A stretch of DNA of 64,000 nt from Alphaproteobacteria bacterium (GTDB lineage Bacteria > Pseudomonadota > Alphaproteobacteria > UBA6615): assembly GCA_965267185.1 (NCBI GenBank), contig OZ253937.1, positions 327,030 to 391,029 on the forward strand, given 5' to 3'. The stretch's first letter is position 1, and each line of letters begins with the position of its first letter. Shown here in pieces: positions 21,900 to 30,740 of the stretch. Below the pieces are notes generated by a model that did no database searches, was not told where the DNA came from, and saw nothing but the letters and a program-made list of their open reading frames with translations. Both the position numbers and the translations under genes were made by a program.

Positions 21900-21931
21900 A
21901 GCCTGGCGGCTCCGCCTGCCCGGAAAGCGCT

Positions 21932-22369
21932 TTAGTACTTTTTGAACGGCAGGAACTTGCCATTCATCGTAACGACGACGCGGTCCCCCTTGGGATCTTC
22001 GGCCCGCTCGACATGCATCTCGAAATCGATAGCGCTCATGATGCCGTCGCCAAATTCGTCCTCGATGAGTGCCTTCAACGTTGTGCCGTAGACCTGAGTT
22101 ATCTCGTAGAATCGGTAGATTAGCGGGTCCGTCGGCACTGTCATGCCAAGAGAACCGCGCGAAGGTATCTCTGCCAGCATTGCCGCTTCGGGCATGTCGA
22201 GAACCTCGACGGCATGTGCCGTTGCATCCTCGGGCAGCGCCATTTGACCCATGACCGCTGACGTTGCAAACACCGGCGACATGCCGATGGCTTCGGCGAA
22301 AGCCTTTAGAGACATATTCTTTTCGGTGAGGCGCTTGCGGATCGCTTCGCTTAATTCCTGACGTGTCAT
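21932..22369 (-). CDS. cynS: Cyanate hydratase (cyanase)
   Basis: 145 aa; PTDPLIYRFYEI.QVYG..LK.LI..EFGDGIMSAIDF, GKFLP. Confidence 0.96.
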   Translation of the reverse strand: MTRQELSEAIRKRLTEKNMSLKAFAEAIGMSPVFATSAVMGQMALPEDATAHAVEVLDMPEAAMLAEIPSRGSLGMTVPTDPLIYRFYEITQVYGTTLKALIEDEFGDGIMSAIDFEMHVERAEDPKGDRVVVTMNGKFLPFKKY

Positions 22370-22412
22370 GTTGGCTTCTCTCTCGGTGTTCGGATTTGGT
22401 TTTCGGATTTTT

Positions 22413-23348
22413 CTACAACGCGGCGCGCTCGGCCTCTGTTGCGTTCGGGGTTTGCAAAACGGGTGGCTCGGCCACGGGGGAGGGCGATGTAATGCCCGGC
22501 TCGACGATTGGCGGGTGGCGCGGGTCGTAGTCGCTGCCGGCAATTTCGGCTTCGAAAGTACGCGAACGCGAAACCAGGAAGTCGAGCAGATGGTTGCGCA
22601 GGGGGTAGTAGTGCGGATGGCGGTGCATCGCCTCGCGCTGACGTTCGCGCGGTAGTGGGTTTTTAACGACCTCGGCGATTTTTGCCGACGGGCCGTTGGT
22701 CATCAGCACGATCTTATCGGCGAGGAAAATTGCCTCGTCGATATCATGAGTGATCATGAACGAGGTTTGCCGCGTCTCGGCGCAGATGGTCAGCAATTCA
22801 TCCTGCAGAGTCCCCCGGGTCAGTGCATCGAGAGCGCTGAACGGCTCGTCCATCAGCATCACCCGCGGTTGAATGGCGAAGGCGCGGGCAATGCCGACGC
22901 GTTGGCGCATACCGCCCGATAGTTGGGACGGCTTTTTGTCCTCGTTGCCGGTCAACTTGACCAGATCGAGATACTTCATGCAGTGATCGTGCAGCTCGGC
23001 ACCGCCCATCTGCGGCCACTTCGAACGCGCCGCAAAGGCGACATTGCCGAGTACGGTCATCCACGGCATTAGCGCATGGCTCTGGAAAATTACCGCGCGA
23101 TCGAGGCTGGGGCCGGTAATCTCGCCGCCGTCGAGGATAATGCCGCCCTCGCTGCCCACTTCCAATCCGGCGAGGATATTGAGCAGGGTGGTTTTACCGC
23201 AGCCGGAATGGCCGATAACGCAAACGAACTCACTTTCGTCGATATGTAACCAGATATCGTCGAATACCGTCAGCTCATCTTCGCCTTTCGGATTGGGGTA
23301 ACGCTTGGTAAGGGCTTCGACGCTGATCAGAGGCCGGGTATTGGACAT
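22413..23348 (-). CDS. Cyanate/nitrate ABC transporter ATP-binding subunit (CynD/NrtD-like)
   Basis: GHSGCGKT Walker A, LSGGMRQR, LMDEPF, ITHD. Confidence 0.9.
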   Translation of the reverse strand: MSNTRPLISVEALTKRYPNPKGEDELTVFDDIWLHIDESEFVCVIGHSGCGKTTLLNILAGLEVGSEGGIILDGGEITGPSLDRAVIFQSHALMPWMTVLGNVAFAARSKWPQMGGAELHDHCMKYLDLVKLTGNEDKKPSQLSGGMRQRVGIARAFAIQPRVMLMDEPFSALDALTRGTLQDELLTICAETRQTSFMITHDIDEAIFLADKIVLMTNGPSAKIAEVVKNPLPRERQREAMHRHPHYYPLRNHLLDFLVSRSRTFEAEIAGSDYDPRHPPIVEPGITSPSPVAEPPVLQTPNATEAERAAL

Positions 23349-23360
23349 GTCGTTCTCCGG

Positions 23361-24200
23361 TTAGTCGGCGTAAGTAACCATCCGCGTCAACCGAGCCAGC
23401 GTCTGGTCGAGAACCAGGCCGAACAAGCCAATGAACAAGATGGCGACAATGATGTTGGTGATGGAGAGATTGTTCCACTCGTTCCAAACGAAGTAGCCGA
23501 TGCCGGTGCCGCCCACGAGCATTTCGGCCGCGACGATCACCAGCCACGCTATGCCGATGGAGATACGCATACCGGTCATGATTGTCGGCGCGGCGGCTGG
23601 CAGGATCACCAGTAAGGCCGTACGCAGACGTCCGGTTTCCAGCGTCTTGGCGACGTTCAGCCATTCGCGCCGCACCGAGGTGACGCCGAAGGCTGTGTTC
23701 ACCAGCATCGGCCAGAGGGAACAAATAAAAATGACGAAAATCGCCGATGTGGTTGAATCCTTGATTGTAAAGAGAGCCAGCGGCATCCAGGCAAGCGGTG
23801 AAATCGGCTTGAGAATCTGAATAAACGGATCGAGAACCCGATAAGCCAACGGCGACATGCCGATAAAGAAGCCAAGCGGTATTGCGACCAGTGCTGCAAC
23901 AAAGAATCCAGTCAACACGCGCAGTAAGGAGAAGCCGAGTTGAATGCCGATGCCCTTGTCGTTCGGGCCGGCATCGTAAAACGGGTCGGTTACATGGTTC
24001 CAGATTTCCACCGCGATTGTGCTTGGTCCGGGCATTGCCGAAGCGCCTTTAGCCGTCGCGCCCATTAGTTTGGCGTATTCAGGGTCCATGCCGGCGGTGC
24101 TTGTCGCACCGCCGGACACGGCCAGCTCCCAGATACCCATAAACAGGGCGAACAGCGCCACCGACAACAAGGCGGCGCGGATCGGGAGTGCCAGAGTCAT
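23361..24200 (-). CDS. Cyanate/nitrate ABC transporter permease (CynB/NrtB-like)
   Basis: DPFYDAGPNDKGIG, QILKPISPLAW, RISIGIAWLVIVAAEM, FVWNEWNNL. Confidence 0.9.
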   Translation of the reverse strand: MTLALPIRAALLSVALFALFMGIWELAVSGGATSTAGMDPEYAKLMGATAKGASAMPGPSTIAVEIWNHVTDPFYDAGPNDKGIGIQLGFSLLRVLTGFFVAALVAIPLGFFIGMSPLAYRVLDPFIQILKPISPLAWMPLALFTIKDSTTSAIFVIFICSLWPMLVNTAFGVTSVRREWLNVAKTLETGRLRTALLVILPAAAPTIMTGMRISIGIAWLVIVAAEMLVGGTGIGYFVWNEWNNLSITNIIVAILFIGLFGLVLDQTLARLTRMVTYAD

Positions 24201-25606
24201 GCGGCCCTGCCGATCGCGAAGCTTTTGGCGTAGGCGTCCGCTTCTGCGGGATCGAATGTCCTGCCCATGATCGTGTGGCTGGTGTAGGTGGTGCTGGGCG
24301 CCTCGAGGCCCATCTCCGCCATCACTTCCTGGGCGCGGGTGGCCATGTAGACCTCTTCGGCAACATCCGTGTAGTTGATGTCGCCGTCGATGTAGCCCCA
24401 GCGTTTCATCTGGGTGAGGATCCACACCGCCATCGAGTGCCAAGGGAAGGGGTCGAAACCGATGCGGTCCGGTTCCTTGCGAATGTTACCCAAACCGTCG
24501 GCAAACGTGCCCGTCAGTACCTGATTGACCACTGTTTCCGGCTGGTTGAGGTAGTTCTTGGGTGAGATAGCCTTCGCCACTTCGGAGCGATTGCCAGGCT
24601 CGTTGGCGTACTGCGTGGCCTCGATGATTGATTTGTAAAGCGCGAGGAAAGTATTCGGCATTTCGGTGACGAACTCTTTGCTCGCGGCGAAGGCGCAGCA
24701 CGGGTGGTTTTGCCAAATTTCCTTGGTCAGAAGATGAATAAAGCCGACCCCGTCAAAGACGGCGCGCTGGTTGAACGGATCGGGCGCCAGATAACCATCG
24801 ACATTTCCGGCGCGCAGATTGGCAACCATTTCGGGTGGCGGCAGCACGCGAATCTGGATGTCTTTGTCGGGATCGAGTCCGTGCTCGGCGACGTAGTAGC
24901 GCAGCAGGAAGTTATGCATCGAGTAATCGAACGGAACGGCGAAGCGGAAGCCTTTCCACTGTTTGGGATCGCGCTTGTCTTTGTGCTTCATCGCCAGTGT
25001 GATGGCCTGGCCGTTGATGTTTTCCACCGCGGGCATCGTCCACGGTGTCGCCGTCGAACCGGCGCCGACGCTAATCGCCAGCGGCATTGGCGTGAGCATA
25101 TGCGCGGCGTCGTATTCCCCCGACAGCGATTTATCGCGGGCGACCGCCCAGCCGGCGGTTTTGATCACCGATACGTCGAGACCGTGTTTCTCGTAGAAGC
25201 CCATCGGGTGGGCCATGATGATGGGTGTCGCGCAGGTAATCGGCACGAAGCCGACATCGAGCTTGGTCTTTTCCAATTTGCCCTTGGTTTCCGCCGCCAG
25301 TGCTTTAGCCGCTTCGAGCGGGAAAATTTGCGATACGGCTGCCAGCGCGGTGCCGCTACCGACGGCGCGCAGAAAATTGCGGCGATTGGCGTCGCCGCCG
25401 AAGATCCCGGTGAGCACGGCGGTTTCGACGCAACGTGCCGTCAAATCGTCGACGTCCGCCGTCTTCGGGTCGAGGGTGTCTTCGGTTGTGTCATTGGCCG
25501 ACGCCGTCAACGCGTCGTCGTGTTCCGCTTGACTGGCATGGGCACCGCACGAACATCCACCACCGGCTTTCTTCGTGGGGTCGAACGGATCGCTAAAAGC
25601 TGCCAT
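24197..25606 (-). CDS. Cyanate/nitrate ABC transporter substrate-binding protein (CynA/NrtA/CmpA family)
   Basis: RRNFL twin-arginine motif, GFVPITCATP, ENINGQAI, PPPEMVANL, HPCC, DPFPW.SMA.W. Confidence 0.9.
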   Translation of the reverse strand: MAAFSDPFDPTKKAGGGCSCGAHASQAEHDDALTASANDTTEDTLDPKTADVDDLTARCVETAVLTGIFGGDANRRNFLRAVGSGTALAAVSQIFPLEAAKALAAETKGKLEKTKLDVGFVPITCATPIIMAHPMGFYEKHGLDVSVIKTAGWAVARDKSLSGEYDAAHMLTPMPLAISVGAGSTATPWTMPAVENINGQAITLAMKHKDKRDPKQWKGFRFAVPFDYSMHNFLLRYYVAEHGLDPDKDIQIRVLPPPEMVANLRAGNVDGYLAPDPFNQRAVFDGVGFIHLLTKEIWQNHPCCAFAASKEFVTEMPNTFLALYKSIIEATQYANEPGNRSEVAKAISPKNYLNQPETVVNQVLTGTFADGLGNIRKEPDRIGFDPFPWHSMAVWILTQMKRWGYIDGDINYTDVAEEVYMATRAQEVMAEMGLEAPSTTYTSHTIMGRTFDPAEADAYAKSFAIGRAA

Positions 25607-25674
25607 GGAAATTCTCCTTTGCCGTTTCGATGCACCGGCAATCACGATGACTGTCGGGTTACGTAATGCTGCGG

Positions 25675-25691
25675 TGCAACATACGTGCCAA
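25675..25691 (-). promoter_or_regulatory. Sigma-54 (-24/-12) promoter of the cyn operon
   Basis: TTGGCACGTATGTTGCA on the minus strand, 68 bp upstream of the substrate-binding protein ATG. Confidence 0.85.
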
Positions 25692-25992
25692 AGAAGGAAT
25701 TCCCCTGAATTGTTGCGTTTTCGCGGGTATTTTATGTGTTCCGGAAACCCGTTGTTGCGATGCAACGCACGATGCGTAGGCAGACCGCCCAAAAATTGGA
25801 CGGCCAGAAAACGCCTTAGTAGGAATTTGGAAATGACGCGCGCGATCTTTGGCGCCACCGGTTCGCGATGCGACGAACATGGCGATGTCTGATCCGGGCC
25901 GTCGATAATTTGTCTAGACGCGGCTCAGCTTAAAGATTCTCGGTGATTGAAGTCGCCAACATTCTCGTCAACGCGCGGCGCGCTCGAACTGG

Positions 25993-26079
25993 CTGTTGCT
26001 CACCTATCGCATGGCGGTCAAAGGTACGGACGTCGACCAGCCGCGCAACCTGGCGAAAAGCATCACGGTGGAGTAGGGG
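25993..26079 (+). repeat. Orphan copy 2 of glmS 3' end (LLLTYRMAVKGTDVDQPRNLAKSITVE*)
   Basis: 33 nt (26029-26061) identical to glmS 18164-18196; similarity extends over ~28 codons with a one-codon gap. Confidence 0.95.
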
Positions 26080-26125
26080 TGCGGGTGCTTCGGCCCGCGT
26101 CAGTCGCGACTTTCTGAGCCGTGGT

Positions 26126-27103
26126 CTACCGCCAGATCCAATACGCGCCGTTGTGACGCCGGCGCCGCGAGAGCACACCAAATCCAAGTAGCCCCAGAGC
26201 GAACAGGCCAAAGGTGCCCGGCTCGGGAATCGTCGCGGCTACGTGCTCGACGATAGGATCTTGGGTCACGGTCACTTCGCCGCCGTCGACGAAGGTCAGG
26301 CCGGTCACGAAGGCCAAGGGGTCCGTGGGGTCGAGTCCTTCGTCGGTATCGATTTCGAGAATCGAGAAACTCGAAAGGCCTTCCGCGACCACCGCCAGCA
26401 AATCGAACTCGACGCCAGCGAGCAGCGCAAATAAGCCATGGATACCCAGATCGAGGGTGAATTCCGAATCGCCGTTGGGCAGCGCCTCCGGCACGAGGAC
26501 GGACGCGAAGTTGGGCCCCGACGTCACCGCGTAGTCGTAGCCGGTGGCCACGTCGGGATCGATAAAGAACGGCACCGTGTGGTCGGGCGGCGTGAAGGTG
26601 AACGAGAAGCCGCCCGGCGTTATTACCGTCGGCAGCAGCGGGTCGTCAGCCGAGCTTCCCGGCGGCGGTGCTCCGACCGGTGAGAGGGCATAGGTCCAGA
26701 TATCTCGTGACGCGGAAAACCCTCCGAATACAGGGTCGCCGCTAAAATTCCAAACCGTGCCCACACCCGCCACGCCGCTGGGCACGGCAAAACCGGGAAT
26801 GACCGGAACGGTGTCTACGGTGTCGGGGCTTACCACAAGGCCGCTGGAGGTGATTACCGTCACCCCGCTAAACGATTGGATTTCACTGTGTTGCAATAAC
26901 CCGTCACCGCCGACTCCGTCGTCGAAGCGAATGGTGAAATCGGTGAGTACCCCGGTCACACCCGGTAAAGAATGGCCAGGGACGGCAAGCGATGTCGCTT
27001 GCAGATCGAACAGAATGGCGTGAGCCGGCCCACTGGCGCCAGCGGCCGCTAATCCAAAACCCAACGCGGCTGCCAGAAGTCCGCGAATACCTTTCGAGTT
27101 CAT
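26126..27103 (-). CDS. PEP-CTERM sorting-domain surface protein
   Basis: Signal peptide; C-terminal IPEPGTFGLFALGLLGFGVLSRRRR. Confidence 0.9.
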   Translation of the reverse strand: MNSKGIRGLLAAALGFGLAAAGASGPAHAILFDLQATSLAVPGHSLPGVTGVLTDFTIRFDDGVGGDGLLQHSEIQSFSGVTVITSSGLVVSPDTVDTVPVIPGFAVPSGVAGVGTVWNFSGDPVFGGFSASRDIWTYALSPVGAPPPGSSADDPLLPTVITPGGFSFTFTPPDHTVPFFIDPDVATGYDYAVTSGPNFASVLVPEALPNGDSEFTLDLGIHGLFALLAGVEFDLLAVVAEGLSSFSILEIDTDEGLDPTDPLAFVTGLTFVDGGEVTVTQDPIVEHVAATIPEPGTFGLFALGLLGFGVLSRRRRHNGAYWIWR

Positions 27104-27283
27104 TACCTTGCACTCCCAAATAACTTATTCGCCGACGTTTTTCAGCCGGCATTTCTTGTCGGAAAGGCTATGGGAGAGGGACGCTGATGTCCCGCCAGGC
27201 ATATAGCGCAAATGCACTAGACAAAGGTTGCGCCTGAGCCACGATAGTGATTTGACTGAGAAAAAATTAATAATTTCAATATG

Positions 27284-28384
27284 TTAAATGATAGACATGA
27301 GAAGCCGCAATAAGGCGCCCTGATTGGGAGCGCCGGTCTTCTCAAAAATATGCGCGAGATGAACCCGTGCCGTGTTTGAGCTAATCGCCATCGTCTCCGC
27401 CGCTTGGGTCAGGGTCTTGCCTTCTCTTAGGAGGACGGCAAGCTCGGCCTCGCGCTTTGACAAACCCAGGCTTGCCCGCAGGTCGGTATGGCTGGATGGT
27501 CCGACGTCGTGCTCCGGGTCCGTGACGACGATCGCGGCGGCGATCGTGTTCTTGGCGCCATCGAGATGCAGCGGCCACGGCATCACGCGCAGCATATAGG
27601 AGAGCGCTCCCGACGGGCGGGTGAGGGACATCACCCCGCCGCCTTCCCAGGGGGCCGCAATTACGCTGGAGATGAGACCGTTCAAACGGCGCGCGTCGGC
27701 AGCTTTGCTCGCCTTGAGATTGCCGTCCGCGACCGTCAACCCATCATCGTCGGTGAGAATGCGCTCGGCTTCGGCATTGGTTTCCGAGACCTGGCCTTTG
27801 TCCGACAGCAGAATCAGCCCCTTTGCCCCGCTTCGGTCCAGCAAATCGAATAGGCTCGCGCGTTTCTGGGTTGCGGTGAGCTGTCCCGAAAGAACCACGG
27901 CGTGGCGAATGTGAGGACCCAACAGCTCGAAACGGGAGACGTCCATCTCGTCGACATGGCCTTGTTTGGCGCTGCGATTGACGGCCGCGTAGAGGGTTGT
28001 GCCATCGTCGAGCGGGTAGCGGGCGCCAATGAAATAGCGCACGCCGCTTTTGCGCTCGATCCAGTCGTAGAACTCGTGGCGGTCCATATCGCGGTCTGTC
28101 GTGAATCGGTAGTCCCAGCCCACGGTTCCGGGACTCGCCGACTTGGCCCAGCGAACGCGCGGATCGATGGCGTGGATACGCTCGCCATACTCGCGACCGT
28201 CGGGCTCCTTGCCGACGCCGCGCCACGATACGATCCGTTGCGCTTGATCGGTCACGAACAGTCCGGCGCCGGCGCCGCCGAGGAGCTGCCGGTACCCGTC
28301 GATCGCCGTGTTCCAACCGTCGGGGCTCACGGCGGCCTCATAGAGGCCCGCGATGACGCGATGGAGTTGCTGTTCCTGTCGCAT
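27284..28384 (-). CDS. LuxR-type HTH regulator with N-terminal GAF/PAS-like domains (paralogue 1)
   Basis: 366 aa; C-terminal GLSKREAELA..L..G.TL...A..M.IS.NTARVHL..IFEKTG; colinear with three neighbours. Confidence 0.88.
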   Translation of the reverse strand: MRQEQQLHRVIAGLYEAAVSPDGWNTAIDGYRQLLGGAGAGLFVTDQAQRIVSWRGVGKEPDGREYGERIHAIDPRVRWAKSASPGTVGWDYRFTTDRDMDRHEFYDWIERKSGVRYFIGARYPLDDGTTLYAAVNRSAKQGHVDEMDVSRFELLGPHIRHAVVLSGQLTATQKRASLFDLLDRSGAKGLILLSDKGQVSETNAEAERILTDDDGLTVADGNLKASKAADARRLNGLISSVIAAPWEGGGVMSLTRPSGALSYMLRVMPWPLHLDGAKNTIAAAIVVTDPEHDVGPSSHTDLRASLGLSKREAELAVLLREGKTLTQAAETMAISSNTARVHLAHIFEKTGAPNQGALLRLLMSII

Positions 28385-28405
28385 AGCGTTCCGGGTCTCG
28401 GAGTT

Positions 28406-29515
28406 CTAAGGGATCGACAGCAGTAGCCGCAAAAGATCGCTCTGGCTGGAAACGCCGGTCTTCTCGAAAATATTCGTGAGGTGGACCCGCGCGGTGTTGG
28501 CGCTGATGCCCATCGCCGCGGCCGCTTCCGACCGGCTCTTTCCCTGGCTGAGATGGACGGCAAGTTCGGCCTCGCGCACGGAAAGGCCCAAGAAGGCCTG
28601 AAGATCGGCGCGATCCGGCCGCCGGCTCAAATGCTCGGGATCGGTGACCAACACGGCGGCGGCTATGGTCTCCGGCGTTCCATCGAGGTGCAGGGGCCAC
28701 GGTGTTACGCGCAGCAGGTAGGAGAGTGCTCCCGAGGGGCGCATAAGTGAGATAGCTCCACCACTGCCGGCCGCTGCGGCAGCCGCGCTGGAGACGAGTT
28801 GCCTTAAATGGCGCGTATCGGCGGCTTTATTGGCTCTCAGATATCCATCGGCTGCCGCGAGCCCGTCATTTTGGCCGAGAATCCGGTCGGCTTCCGTATT
28901 GGTCTCGACGATCCGTCCGTCCGCCGATAACAGGATTAGTCCCTTGGTACCTCTAAGGTCCAACAGGTCGTAGAGACTGGCGCGTGATTTCGTCGGGGCC
29001 AACTGCGTCGAAAGGGAGATCGCGTTGCGAATATGCGGCGCCAGGAGTTCGAAACGGGAGACGTCCGTTTCGTCGACATGGCCTTGCCTGGCGCCGCGAT
29101 TAACCGCTGCGTACAAGGTCGTGCCGTCGTCGAGCAGATAATGGGCGCCGATGAAGTAGCGAACATTGCTCTTCTGCTCGATCCAGTCATAGAACGCGTG
29201 ATTGTCCATCTCCCGGTCGGTGGTGAAGCGGTAATCCCAGCATAAGGCGCCCGACGGGGCGTTTGCCGCCCAGTGCACGCGCGGATCGATGGCGTAAATG
29301 TGCTCGCCGTACTCGCTGCCGTCGGGCTCGAGGCCCACGCTATGCCACGTCACGAGCTGCTGCGATTGGTCGATCCGGAAAATATTTGCGCCGGCCCCGT
29401 CAAAAAGCTGCCGAAATTCATCGACGGCTGCCGCCCAAGAACCAGAGGCTATCGCCGCTTCGTAGATGTTGGCAATGGTCTGATGTAGCTGGTCTTCCTT
29501 CGACGTGGACTTCAT
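28406..29515 (-). CDS. LuxR-type HTH regulator (paralogue 2)
   Basis: 369 aa; same architecture and shared motifs (AIDPRV.W, WDYRFT.DR.MD, RYFIGA, GHVDE.D). Confidence 0.88.
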   Translation of the reverse strand: MKSTSKEDQLHQTIANIYEAAIASGSWAAAVDEFRQLFDGAGANIFRIDQSQQLVTWHSVGLEPDGSEYGEHIYAIDPRVHWAANAPSGALCWDYRFTTDREMDNHAFYDWIEQKSNVRYFIGAHYLLDDGTTLYAAVNRGARQGHVDETDVSRFELLAPHIRNAISLSTQLAPTKSRASLYDLLDLRGTKGLILLSADGRIVETNTEADRILGQNDGLAAADGYLRANKAADTRHLRQLVSSAAAAAAGSGGAISLMRPSGALSYLLRVTPWPLHLDGTPETIAAAVLVTDPEHLSRRPDRADLQAFLGLSVREAELAVHLSQGKSRSEAAAAMGISANTARVHLTNIFEKTGVSSQSDLLRLLLSIP

Positions 29516-29536
29516 GAGCGCTAGATTTACAAGGTT

Positions 29537-30634
29537 CTAAGGGATCGACAGCAGAATTCGCAGCAGGTCGCCCTGATTGGAGACGCCGGTCTTTTCGAAG
29601 ATATGCGTGAGATGAACCCGCGCCGTGTTGGTTCTGATCTCCATTGCAGCGGCGGCTTCCGATAGGCTCTTGCCGTGGCTGAGATGGACGGCAAGTTCGG
29701 CCTCGCGCACCGAAAGGCCAAGGGCGGCTTGAAGATCGGTATGAACCGATTGGTAGGCCCGGTGCGACGGGTCGGCGACCAGCATGGCGGCCGCAATCGT
29801 CTCCCGTGTGCCATCGAGATGGATCGGCCACGGCATCACGCGGAGCATATAGGAAAGCGCTCCCGACGGACGCGTGAGCGACATGACCCCGCCGCCACCC
29901 AATGCCGCAGCGACGGCATCGGCGACAAGGTTGTACAGATGCCTCGTATCGGCGGCTTTGCTGGTCTTCAGATATCCGTCGGTAATCGCAAGCCCATCAT
30001 TTTCTGTGAGAATCCGGTCGGCTTCCGCGTTGGTGTCCACCACCTCGCCCGTTGCCGCTAGCAGGATCAATCCCTTGGCGCCGTTTTGGTCCAGCAGGTC
30101 GTAGAGGCCGGCGCGCTCCTTCACTTCGGCCAGCTGTCCTGAAAGCGCGACGGCGTTGCGGATATGCGGGGCGAGCAGTCCGAAATGAGCAATGTCCGTC
30201 TCGTCGACATGGCCTTGCTTGTGGTTGCGCTCGACCGATGCAAATAGATGCATACCGTCGTCCAGCGGATAGTAGGCGCCGATGAAATAGCGGACGTCGC
30301 CCTCGCGCCTGATCCAGTCGTAAAATTCGTGGCGGTCCATCGTCCGCTCGTCGGTAAAGCGATAGTCCCAACACACGGCGCCCGGCATGGCGAGAGACCA
30401 GTGCGCGCGCGGGTTTATCGCGTGAATACGCCTCCCGTATTCGCTGCCGTCCGGTTCGATGCCGACGCTATGCCACGAGGTGATCTGCTGGTCTTGGTCG
30501 GTGAGAAAGACAACGCCGCCGACTCCGCCGAGAGCCTGCCGGATTCTGTCGACGGTCCCGGCCCAATGGCCGGGGTTTATAGCCGCCTCGTAGATATCGG
30601 CGACGGCCCGATGTAGCTGGTCTTGCTCGGACAC
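29537..30634 (-). CDS. LuxR-type HTH regulator (paralogue 3)
   Basis: 365 aa; GTG start; same motifs. Confidence 0.88.
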   Translation of the reverse strand: MSEQDQLHRAVADIYEAAINPGHWAGTVDRIRQALGGVGGVVFLTDQDQQITSWHSVGIEPDGSEYGRRIHAINPRAHWSLAMPGAVCWDYRFTDERTMDRHEFYDWIRREGDVRYFIGAYYPLDDGMHLFASVERNHKQGHVDETDIAHFGLLAPHIRNAVALSGQLAEVKERAGLYDLLDQNGAKGLILLAATGEVVDTNAEADRILTENDGLAITDGYLKTSKAADTRHLYNLVADAVAAALGGGGVMSLTRPSGALSYMLRVMPWPIHLDGTRETIAAAMLVADPSHRAYQSVHTDLQAALGLSVREAELAVHLSHGKSLSEAAAAMEIRTNTARVHLTHIFEKTGVSNQGDLLRILLSIP

Positions 30635-30740
30635 GGTTCGCGTCCCTCATCCTTTTCAGCGGTATATTACGGAGGTGTACCTAACGGTTGTTGAATGCCG
30701 ATACAGCTGGCTCTCGAAAAGATTCAATATTTTCAAACCT

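Noticed and set aside
18212-26079. Tn7-like transposon at attTn7
   Set aside because: No tnsABCD/tniQ genes, no Tn7 end repeats or 5-bp target duplication recognised; the repeats are 50-85-nt gene tails.
27185-27201. Sigma-54 promoter for the PEP-CTERM gene
   Set aside because: GG-N10-GC spacing is present on the minus strand (TGGCGGGACATCAGC), but the CAC and TT consensus positions are missing.
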